From assembly GCA_964534625.1 (NCBI GenBank), contig CAZHRF010000014.1, positions 32,809 through 48,722 on the forward strand: a stretch of DNA of 15,914 nucleotides, given 5' to 3'. The stretch is from an uncultured archaeon (GTDB taxonomy: Archaea; Asgardarchaeota; Heimdallarchaeia; Heimdallarchaeales; Heimdallarchaeaceae). Positions 1 to 8,163 of this stretch are shown here, one piece after another. The notes beneath the pieces are model-generated. The model was not told the origin of the DNA. It worked only from the letters and a program-made list of their open reading frames with translations, and did no database searches. Made by a program: the position numbers and the translations under genes. Each line of letters starts with the position of its first letter. The stretch's first letter is position 1.

Positions 1-465
1 AAGATATGTTTTAGAAATCAATTTTTCACATTATTCATAGATTTACTTTTTACTTTTCTATTTTTTCTTTTTTTTTCTTTTTTAAATAATTACGTTTATA
101 TATTATCTTCTTTTTTTCTCTCTTTCATCTCAGGCGTTTTCTTTAAGTTCATTTTGTGTAATAATTGAACTAGTATATATACAAGAATATGAAAAAAAAT
201 ACGGATAAAGCAAGCATCCCAGATACGATTTGACATGTTAAAGTCAGATAATAGATTAGTGACTGATCTAAGCACAGACCAAATCAAAATTAGTTTAAAA
301 GGATAAAGTAGTTATAATAATTAAAGTGACTACGATCCAGCCCTTGGTGGATTTTAAAAGAGAACAACATATCAATTGTATAATCTATGCTAATTTGACC
401 AAACGTGCAATCATCAATTATTTTACAATAGCTCTAAAAGTTGTTTTTCTCCGAATAAACGAAGT

Positions 466-473
466 TTTATATA
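466..473 (+). promoter_or_regulatory. Putative archaeal TATA box (TTTATATA) with purine-rich BRE-like sequence upstream
   Basis: AAACGAAGT-TTTATATA ends 25 nt before ATG 499, which fits a leaderless transcript. This favours ATG 499 over ATG 484. Confidence 0.5.
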
Positions 474-483
474 TTTTAATTGT

Positions 484-1179
484 ATGATTTACTTAACAAT
501 GCATCATATACCTAAAAGAAAGAAAGAATCGACACTAAAAAAAACCATCAAATATTCACTTGCATTATTTTTCATTGTTACTTTTGCTTTATATTCTTAC
601 TTCTATGGATCGATATTTTATCTGTTTTTATCTGTTTTTCTAGTTTTATTAGTTTTAGTAATTATCTTAAGCAAATTATTTGTCAATTATTTTACAGGTA
701 CAGGTTATGCTGTTTTTGCGGCTTTATCAGATTTAACATTTATCTTTATAGCCATACCCATTTTGGTTATTATGGCTGTTTATCTGCCATATAGTATTTT
801 GATTTTCTTTTTTGGTGTTGACCGTCTACTCATAATCAGAGCTATAATAACTCCCATAATATTAATGCAACTGGCTGCTGTAAGTTTTGTTATCAGAAAA
901 AAACTTAATGATATGGAAATGAGTTTGTTTGAATATATTAAATACCTGGTTGATTTTAAAAGAAGAATAAGAGAGGCTGAACTTCAACGCGAAAAAAGCC
1001 ATAAAATGCAAACCTTTTTTGATAACTTACATTTAATAGAAAGAAATATTTTACGTCAAAAGAATCAGGATCCCACACCTTTTACAGAGTTTGATTGGAA
1101 AGAGCGATTAGATGAAATATTTTTAGTAGATAAAGATTCAATAAAGAAACACAAAAAAGAAGAAAATGAGAAAAAATAG
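484..1179 (+). CDS. Hypothetical multi-pass membrane protein with charged C-terminal tail (start may be 499)
   Basis: 231-aa ORF with about 4 long hydrophobic segments (aa ~22-137) and a charged, helical C-terminus. No family recognised. Confidence 0.75.
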   Translation: MIYLTMHHIPKRKKESTLKKTIKYSLALFFIVTFALYSYFYGSIFYLFLSVFLVLLVLVIILSKLFVNYFTGTGYAVFAALSDLTFIFIAIPILVIMAVYLPYSILIFFFGVDRLLIIRAIITPIILMQLAAVSFVIRKKLNDMEMSLFEYIKYLVDFKRRIREAELQREKSHKMQTFFDNLHLIERNILRQKNQDPTPFTEFDWKERLDEIFLVDKDSIKKHKKEENEKK

Positions 1180-1255
1180 TCTTTAATTCTTATTCTCGTA
1201 CTATTTTATTTAGGTGGCTTGTACGAAAAGATTCACTTTTTCTCCTGTTGAAAAA

Positions 1256-1651
1256 TTACTCAATTTTTTTCTGGACTTCGTTAATTTTATCAAGCAACAA
1301 TCTAAGATTTGCTTCATTTCTTTCAAGTTTTGTAAATAGATCTCGCCATATGGGGGATCGTTGTAAAATAACTTGTTGTTCAGCATTATATGTTCCTTTC
1401 TTTAAATCATAATAGCCAACGATTGTTGATACTATGAAATATCCAACAATGAATATTAAAGCAAAAATCCAATAACTTTTAATCTCTGCTGGTATAAAAT
1501 ATAATTCTTCGACTAGTAATTTATATACAATAATAGTAAAGTTAATTATGGATAAACCTAGAGCAAACCAGTTACTATGCCCTCTAACCATGTATTGCTT
1601 GTATCTACCTATTTTATCAATTAATATTCTCAGTTTGTATTTAACTTCCAT
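1256..1651 (-). CDS. Hypothetical small membrane protein (2 TM plus C-terminal coiled coil)
   Basis: 131-aa ORF. Hydrophobic segments WFALGLSIINFTIIVY and YWIFALIFIVGYFIVSTIVG, followed by heptad-like LFTKLERNEANLRLLLDKINEVQKKIE. Confidence 0.75.
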   Translation of the reverse strand: MEVKYKLRILIDKIGRYKQYMVRGHSNWFALGLSIINFTIIVYKLLVEELYFIPAEIKSYWIFALIFIVGYFIVSTIVGYYDLKKGTYNAEQQVILQRSPIWRDLFTKLERNEANLRLLLDKINEVQKKIE

Positions 1652-1740
1652 TTCTACTCATTACTAACAAAACATGAATGTTCATAAACTTATTCAATTA
1701 CTTGCTAAGCAGAAATAGGGTTTCTCACACATTCTTATAA

Positions 1741-1770
1741 AAAATGAAAACAATGAAAAAAAGGAAAAGG
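1741..1770 (-). terminator. Oligo-T-rich archaeal terminator candidate for the receptor operon
   Basis: The minus strand reads CCTTTTCCTTTTTTTCATTGTTTTCATTTT a few nt after the stop at 1778. Confidence 0.4.
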
Positions 1771-1777
1771 GTCAAGT

Positions 1778-3247
1778 TTACTTATCTTCTTCATTAAAAG
1801 AAGATTTATACCAATCTATAACATTTTGAACGCCTCTAGCGAGTTCTCCAGTTTCATCTTGTCTACTTGTCAGATTTTTATCTACATATATATCATCTAG
1901 AGCGCTTAAAGGATCTTCTGATACAGATGATATTGAAAGTTTATTGACGACATCTTTCAATCTCTCGATAGGTTGTACCAGGTAATTAGCGACCAATACT
2001 CCAACAATAATTGATGTTACTGCTGTAATTACAATAATTAGGATTATTTGGTTTCTTGAAGCTATTTGAGTCTCAGACATCCTTTCTTGTAAAGGTTCCA
2101 ATGCGTCCAATGCCTCACTTTCGGGGACAATGATGAGACTAATGTATTGACCTAAACCTACTGGTTGATACGCCAAATAATATCTCTCATTATTCTTTTC
2201 GAATTGAGTTACACCTATTGCTCCACTCGTAATTTCACTGATTTGACTACTTGATAAAGCAGATGAATTATCATCATTTATTTCTATTTGATCAATGGTC
2301 TTGAAGTCAACTTCTCCTAATTCGGGTATGCTATCTTTATGAGCAATCACAAGACTTGAAGAAGTTATTAGAGCAGCATAACCTGTCTCAAGAACTTCTA
2401 CATTTAATATTTCATCAACAATATCCTGAATAGTGATATCACCACAAATTACTCCTAGGAAATCGCCATTTGGTTTTGTAACTACTCTCCCTATTGTAAT
2501 CAAAGGCACACCATCTATCTCGTCAAAATACGGTTCAGTAAAGACTATTTCACCTTCGCCTTCTAAAACTTCTTCATACCATTCTTCATCGACAGCGACA
2601 TAGGGATCATCTATTCTGTCTTGAAGTGTTCCACCCACTATACTACCTGGATAGTTTACAAAAAGTGTCGTATCAGCTACAGGAATCGCCGCGTATAACC
2701 ATCTAAATTCAGGCATATTCAAATGAATGTATTGGAATATATAATCCATATTGGCTACAGTTTGAATTGTCTGATTTAGTTCTTCGCTTTGCACTTGATA
2801 ATTTAAGTGGGTTGAGCCATCAAAGTAATAGCTTGCATAATTCCATGAAACATTTATTTGGTAACTAGGGTCATAAACTAGATCAGCTGGTACTAAGGAA
2901 GGCTCTGGATCAAATTCTTCGAAGAAATAATCGTAATATGCTTGACGGTAGTCATAACGATTATCTTCGGAAAATAGCATTTCCATTTCATTAGCCATCA
3001 TCTTGACCATCGATTCAGCATTTTTGAACTTTTGTTGAATAATTTCAGCGTTCCCCTCTGATGTAAGAAGTATGTTTCTTTGAATTTGAGTCTGTAACGC
3101 ATCAGTACTTTCTGTTATGGTGGTATCACTTACATTACCAACAAATGCAAAAGAGATCAACCCAATAGCAATCATAGCCAATAGGGTGAATAAAATAAAA
3201 CTTCCAATGATACTTGATTTTATACTTCGTTTTTTAATTACTTGCAT
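1778..3247 (-). CDS. Membrane receptor TM-dCache_1-TM-HAMP with no cytoplasmic output domain
   Basis: N-terminal TM. Cache motifs EEWY..FTEPYFD..LITIGR..GVICGDI and TGYAALI..VIAH..YLAYQPV. Second TM (IILIIVITAVTSIIVGVLVA), then HAMP (QPIERLKDVVNKL...DETGELARGVQNVI) and a stop about 11 aa later. ATG 3247 has a GAGGTG SD just upstream. The ORF track uses GTG 3256. Confidence 0.88.
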   Translation of the reverse strand: MQVIKKRSIKSSIIGSFILFTLLAMIAIGLISFAFVGNVSDTTITESTDALQTQIQRNILLTSEGNAEIIQQKFKNAESMVKMMANEMEMLFSEDNRYDYRQAYYDYFFEEFDPEPSLVPADLVYDPSYQINVSWNYASYYFDGSTHLNYQVQSEELNQTIQTVANMDYIFQYIHLNMPEFRWLYAAIPVADTTLFVNYPGSIVGGTLQDRIDDPYVAVDEEWYEEVLEGEGEIVFTEPYFDEIDGVPLITIGRVVTKPNGDFLGVICGDITIQDIVDEILNVEVLETGYAALITSSSLVIAHKDSIPELGEVDFKTIDQIEINDDNSSALSSSQISEITSGAIGVTQFEKNNERYYLAYQPVGLGQYISLIIVPESEALDALEPLQERMSETQIASRNQIILIIVITAVTSIIVGVLVANYLVQPIERLKDVVNKLSISSVSEDPLSALDDIYVDKNLTSRQDETGELARGVQNVIDWYKSSFNEEDK

Positions 3248-3258
3248 TTTTTCCACCT

Positions 3259-6021
3259 CTAATATTCGTTCTCAAAGTCAACACCTTCAACATCGACTTG
3301 GGATAGCATCTCCCTAACTTGATGAAAAGCATTTTGTATTGCTCTGTGGGCACTACCTGGTTGGTGTATGGGGATATATTTTCCTCTTGGTGCTTCTTTG
3401 GTAAGTCGAATAATTTTATTTTCAATTCTTCGCAGACCTCTACCAACACCTATAACTATTAAGTTAATGTTAAGAAAACTCTCCGATATTAGTTTCTGAA
3501 TAGATTTATCTTTGATACCTAATAAACTACTGAGTAAGCCTTGAGATCGTTGGGTTATGTTGTAGCGTCTACTTGAGTTGTCTTCACCATCAGTAAGAGC
3601 TATAATCCACCGTTGCTCATTACCTGTTCTATTTGCTAAGATATTGAAAGCATCACCTAACGCATCATAAAATGATGTTGCACCGTGCGGATTACGTAAG
3701 CGATTAATTTTATTGGTAATTTTGTCTCTATTTTCTTCAACAGGGGTTAAATCTAAAACAACACGACTATATGTATCAAAGGTGATTATACCCACTTCAT
3801 CTTGTGGATTAATTTGGGTATTGAAAACAGATAAAGCTCCTTCTACAGCGGCATCAATTCTTTTTCCTTGCATAGAGCCACTATAGTCGATAACAAAGAA
3901 TACTAATTTTTTATCAAAACTTCTCCGTTTCAATTCGTTATACATCGATTCGTAAAGTCTTACTTTTTTGATATCAGATCTAGCTTTAAACACAGCAACC
4001 AAATTTGAGAGTGATTGCTTAACTATGTTAACATTACGGATATCTTTTCCTATGGCTAGAGATTGTTCTAGGAATTTTTCTGCTTCATCATAATTTTTGA
4101 TATTTAGATAATATACACCAATATTGAGTTTAGATATAGCTATACCTCTCTCAAAACCTATATTTTCAGCTAAAGCTAAAGATTCAGAGAACATACGATA
4201 GGCAAATTTAACTTCTCCTTTTTGGAGATACATCAGACCTAGGTTGTTTTTATGAATAACGTTTCCTTGGCTGTTGTTAGATCTTTGATCGTATTGTAAC
4301 GCTAATTCAATATGATTCTTAGCTAATTGGAATTGACCTCTATCAAGCATTAACAAGCCTAAATTGTTGTATCTTGATGCCAATCCCACATAGTCATTCA
4401 TTTGTTTACCAATTTCAATCGATTCTAAATAGAGTTGTTCAGCTTTTTGAAACTCTTTTCTTGCCCTGTGCACATTAGCTAGATTGTTTTTTGTTAGAGC
4501 AATCCCACGTAAATTGTTAGTGGTTTTGAATAATTCTAAAGCTTTAACATAATTATTATAGGCCCTGTGTAGATCTCCGCGATAATAATCTTTGTTACCA
4601 TACCTAAGACTAGTTAAAAGGTTATCAAACGTGGAATGGAATACAGCTAATTCTCTGGGCAAAACATCTTTATCTTTAAAATCTCTTGATAAATCACCAT
4701 TTGCAACAAGATTAGCCATTTTTGTCACATCTTTTATAGGTTTAACAATGCGATTTGAATTTAAGAGTCCTAAGAAAATAATTAGTATAATCGCCACGAT
4801 TAAAATGACAAGCATAATAAGAACTTGTTGAACCGTTGCTCTAGATATAGTGTCTCTAATAGCCATGGCAGGGGCAATGATATTAGATTCTGGGACTACT
4901 AATGCCAAACTATATTTTGTTGTAGGCACAGGAGCATAACAGATGTACCAGTCAACACCATTTTTGGTATATTTCTCTGTACCTCGCTGTCCACTAGTCA
5001 TTTTATTCACTATGCTGTTAAATTGATTTAGCTCTTGGGTGTCATCACCTATTTCAAGAGCTGTTATTGTCTCAAATTCTTCACCTAAATCAGGGTGCAT
5101 GATAGTTGACCCTTCTTCGTCTACTAAGAAAGCATACCCATCATCCAATACTTGAATATTAAGAATCTCTTGTTTTAACGTGAGAATTGTGATATCAATA
5201 CCAACCATACCAATTAATGTACCATTGTTAAAATGAATAGGACGTCCCATACTTATTATGAGACCAATAGGGTCATAATATGGGGCTGTAAAAGCGGTTG
5301 AATCATCTTCTATATTAATGGCATTGATATAAAATTCTTCATCTTGAGGATTCCAGTCGTCATTAGGATCAACTGGATTATCTTCTTCGTCGAATTGTGT
5401 CCATTCCATTGAATCATACGGATAATTCCTGAACAATGAGTAATCGCCTTCAAAAGATGCATATATCCAAACAAAGTTGGGATTAGCTTCGTGCATGTTT
5501 TGAAACATATAATCTAAATTTGAAGAAACATTCAATAAATAGCCCAAATCAGAAGGCCAGGTAAATGGATCATTATTGGGAATCTTATTTCTTGGCATGT
5601 AGTATGCTGAAACATCAAAAGATATTTGGTCAGATTCATATAAGTCTACATATTCTTGACCTGGAATAGTACGACCCGTAGCATCAAATTCAGCATCTGC
5701 ATTCCACCAATAAGAATGATAATTTGAAATGTTTATTTCGCCATTAAATAGCGCTTCTGCATATATATCCAACATAGTAACTTGGTAAATAGATTGTAAG
5801 AACACTTGATTAATTCTTTCAGCTTGGTTTGTGACCGTACGGTTCAGTTGAGCTAACTCTTCTTCCAATAGTGCAAGGGAAGAATCATCAGCATTCTGAT
5901 CAGAAAGGATAATCAATCTTCGAGTAACAAGTATACCAAGAATAGCAGATGGAATTAATAAGAGCAGAAGCATAAATAATAATATTTTTCCTCTAATTGA
6001 CATCTTATTTGTAGAAAACAT
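3259..6021 (-). CDS. Membrane receptor TM-dCache_1-TM-HAMP-TPR array-vWA (MIDAS)
   Basis: TM1 at aa ~13-33. Cache motifs FTAPYYD..GMVGIDI and GYAFLVD..TIMHP..YAPVPTTKYSLALVVP. TM2 at ~4762-4824, then HAMP (KPIKDVTKMANLVANGDL..ELAVFHSTFDNL). About 5-6 TPRs of ~40 aa with NNLA/NNLG motifs. vWA with IDYSGS, GATSFYDAL and LTDGEDN. Alternative ATG at 6003. Confidence 0.92.
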   Translation of the reverse strand: MFSTNKMSIRGKILLFMLLLLLIPSAILGILVTRRLIILSDQNADDSSLALLEEELAQLNRTVTNQAERINQVFLQSIYQVTMLDIYAEALFNGEINISNYHSYWWNADAEFDATGRTIPGQEYVDLYESDQISFDVSAYYMPRNKIPNNDPFTWPSDLGYLLNVSSNLDYMFQNMHEANPNFVWIYASFEGDYSLFRNYPYDSMEWTQFDEEDNPVDPNDDWNPQDEEFYINAINIEDDSTAFTAPYYDPIGLIISMGRPIHFNNGTLIGMVGIDITILTLKQEILNIQVLDDGYAFLVDEEGSTIMHPDLGEEFETITALEIGDDTQELNQFNSIVNKMTSGQRGTEKYTKNGVDWYICYAPVPTTKYSLALVVPESNIIAPAMAIRDTISRATVQQVLIMLVILIVAIILIIFLGLLNSNRIVKPIKDVTKMANLVANGDLSRDFKDKDVLPRELAVFHSTFDNLLTSLRYGNKDYYRGDLHRAYNNYVKALELFKTTNNLRGIALTKNNLANVHRARKEFQKAEQLYLESIEIGKQMNDYVGLASRYNNLGLLMLDRGQFQLAKNHIELALQYDQRSNNSQGNVIHKNNLGLMYLQKGEVKFAYRMFSESLALAENIGFERGIAISKLNIGVYYLNIKNYDEAEKFLEQSLAIGKDIRNVNIVKQSLSNLVAVFKARSDIKKVRLYESMYNELKRRSFDKKLVFFVIDYSGSMQGKRIDAAVEGALSVFNTQINPQDEVGIITFDTYSRVVLDLTPVEENRDKITNKINRLRNPHGATSFYDALGDAFNILANRTGNEQRWIIALTDGEDNSSRRYNITQRSQGLLSSLLGIKDKSIQKLISESFLNINLIVIGVGRGLRRIENKIIRLTKEAPRGKYIPIHQPGSAHRAIQNAFHQVREMLSQVDVEGVDFENEY

Positions 6022-6074
6022 CTTCTATCATCTCGTAGAAAAAGTTGTAATCACATAAAATTTTGTTATACTCA

Positions 6075-6082
6075 TATATTAA
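6075..6082 (-). promoter_or_regulatory. Putative TATA box (TTAATATA) for the receptor operon
   Basis: AT-rich TATA-like octamer about 55 nt upstream of ATG 6021, in the divergent intergenic region. Confidence 0.35.
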
Positions 6083-6201
6083 TGTTGGTAAACGAGAATG
6101 AAGAATAATTAAGAATTTATCTTGATTGCCAAAGTAAAGTAAGTGACACAATCTATTCAAAAGATTTACATTTTGGAATAAAATCAAGTGTATCCCCCCA
6201 C

Positions 6202-6209
6202 TATAAATA
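6202..6209 (+). promoter_or_regulatory. Putative TATA box (TATAAATA) for the speA-RING operon
   Basis: TATA-like octamer about 70 nt upstream of the speA ATG at 6280. Confidence 0.4.
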
Positions 6210-6279
6210 GAAACAAATAAGTAAGACAATGTTTTATTCACCATAACGGGATAAACAGAATATCTTGTTGGTGTCAAAA

Positions 6280-8163
6280 ATGGAATGGACTTTAGATGAT
6301 TCACGTGTGGTTTATGGTGTGGCGAAAAACGATTTATATTTTTTAGATATTAACAACAAAGGCGATTTAGAATTAAATATCAATAATCACAAAATAACTT
6401 TTCAAGAAATTAATAGAATACTTGGAGAAAAAATAAAAGAAGAAGGTTACACAAGAGTTCCTTCCTACACTATGAGAATCCCCCAGCTAATAAAGAATCA
6501 AGTTAACAAATTATATGGTCTATTTCAAAATGAGATGCAAGCTTATGACTATAAAGGAAATTTTAGAGCTGTTTATCCCATAAAAGTAAATTCAATGAAA
6601 AGTGTTATTGAAACAATAAAAGATTCCCATCCATTATATCTTTTAGAAGCAGGAACGAAGACAGAGTTTATTTTGTTATTGAAATCTATAAAAAATGAAA
6701 AACATAGGACAATTTTTTGTAACGGGGTTAAAGACAAACAATACTTAAATATTGCAAAACAAGCTATGGAAGACGGGTATAAAGTTATTCTAAGTATTGA
6801 ATCAATTGCTGAACTACTTTTAGCATTAGACCTTTTACCTATAGATAAAATGCAAATAGCTTTACGAATAAAACCATATGCTACGGTAGGTGGTCGGTGG
6901 AAAACTTCATCGGGCAGATATAGCAAATTTGGTTTATCTATTTATGAATATCTTGAAATTCTTAAAATACTTGAACAGAAAAAATGTAAACATATTCTTG
7001 TTGCTACTCACTCACATGCTGGATCTCAAATTTCCGATTTAGAAGGAGTAAAAAATTATGCTTCATATATTGTTGATAGATATATTGAGTTACATAATAG
7101 AGGATTTACAAATCTATCTATCATTAATTTTGGGGGAGGCTTTCCAATCAACTATGATAATGATTTAAGCGAAAGTATTATTGAAAACTATGTGAGCATA
7201 CTAGTAAGAACTATTAAAGATAAATTGAAAAATGTGCATATCAAAGAACCAACCATAATGGTTGAAGCTGGGCGCTTTGTTACAGCTCAATCTGCTATTA
7301 TTATAGTCCAAACTCAAGATGTTTGGCCTATTTTTCCTCCTGCTACCGATGATTTGTATATTGAACATATGCACAAAATTGAACAAATTGATAACCCCAA
7401 AGAACTGTTAAAACTTTGGAAAGAAATCGAAGAAATAGATTGTGTGAAAGATGCTGAAAATATAGAAAAAACAGAAATGATTCGAGGAATAACCAAACAA
7501 CTTATCAGGAAAAAACTAGCCCAATTATTATCTAAATCCCAATACAACTTAATTGAGTTTGAAGAAGAATTACGCAAAATTAAACGGGAAATTTTTTCAG
7601 CTGATTATCTATTGTTAGGTAATTTTTCTGTTTTCAATAGCATTTGTGATCATGTACTTGTTAATCAATATTTCCCTTTGATGCCCATAACCAATCTCCA
7701 TAAACAGCCAGATACGATAGTTAGACTCATTGATTTAACTTGTGATAGCGATGGGGAAGTGTCCGTATATAAACAACAAAAAGGAGATAAGCTTCTTTTT
7801 ACATTTGATGGTTTCCCTTTAACAAGAACCAGTGACCGAGCTAGACTACTTAAAGGCATTCCTGTGGGGAGCCTTAATGAAATCGCGCATAGTTATGTCG
7901 CTATTCCCTTGGCTGGGGCATATCAAGATATCATTGAGTTTGATCATAATCTCATTGGGGACCTTGCTGACGTGGAAGTTAAAATTGGAGAGGATGGCCA
8001 GTGGTCAGTTGAATTGATTAATTTTGCTCAAAACATAGGTGAGCTCCTAACAGACGTTGGCTATAGTAAAGAGTATGCTGATAATCCCTATTTATCCTTA
8101 GATACGAGTCCAATAATTAACCGATTACGCTTAAACTTTAGGCATAATAAGGAGGAGAACTAA
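6280..8163 (+). CDS. speA: PLP-dependent (fold type III) biosynthetic arginine decarboxylase, bacterial SpeA type
   Basis: SpeA motifs in the expected order: YPIKVN (PLP Lys), LEAGTKTE, CNGVKD, SSGRYSKFGL, HSHAGSQI, NFGGGF, EAGRF, NFSVF..QYFPLMPI, DLTCDSDG, GAYQD..HNL. ATG 6280 (MEWT..) is preferred over TTG 6265. Confidence 0.88.
   Translation: MEWTLDDSRVVYGVAKNDLYFLDINNKGDLELNINNHKITFQEINRILGEKIKEEGYTRVPSYTMRIPQLIKNQVNKLYGLFQNEMQAYDYKGNFRAVYPIKVNSMKSVIETIKDSHPLYLLEAGTKTEFILLLKSIKNEKHRTIFCNGVKDKQYLNIAKQAMEDGYKVILSIESIAELLLALDLLPIDKMQIALRIKPYATVGGRWKTSSGRYSKFGLSIYEYLEILKILEQKKCKHILVATHSHAGSQISDLEGVKNYASYIVDRYIELHNRGFTNLSIINFGGGFPINYDNDLSESIIENYVSILVRTIKDKLKNVHIKEPTIMVEAGRFVTAQSAIIIVQTQDVWPIFPPATDDLYIEHMHKIEQIDNPKELLKLWKEIEEIDCVKDAENIEKTEMIRGITKQLIRKKLAQLLSKSQYNLIEFEEELRKIKREIFSADYLLLGNFSVFNSICDHVLVNQYFPLMPITNLHKQPDTIVRLIDLTCDSDGEVSVYKQQKGDKLLFTFDGFPLTRTSDRARLLKGIPVGSLNEIAHSYVAIPLAGAYQDIIEFDHNLIGDLADVEVKIGEDGQWSVELINFAQNIGELLTDVGYSKEYADNPYLSLDTSPIINRLRLNFRHNKEEN

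Noticed and set aside
96-287. 63-aa minus-strand ORF
   Set aside because: Low-complexity AT-rich region with no motifs. It may be a decayed membrane-gene fragment, but this cannot be supported.
3117-4831. Short ORFs 3117-3317, 3234-3449 and 4592-4831
   Set aside because: Shadow or alternative-frame ORFs inside well-supported receptor genes.
6005-8017. ORFs 6005-6304, 6573-6926, 7201-7386, 7314-7577, 7665-7859 and 7832-8017
   Set aside because: They overlap the divergent promoter region or speA, and show no recognisable protein features.
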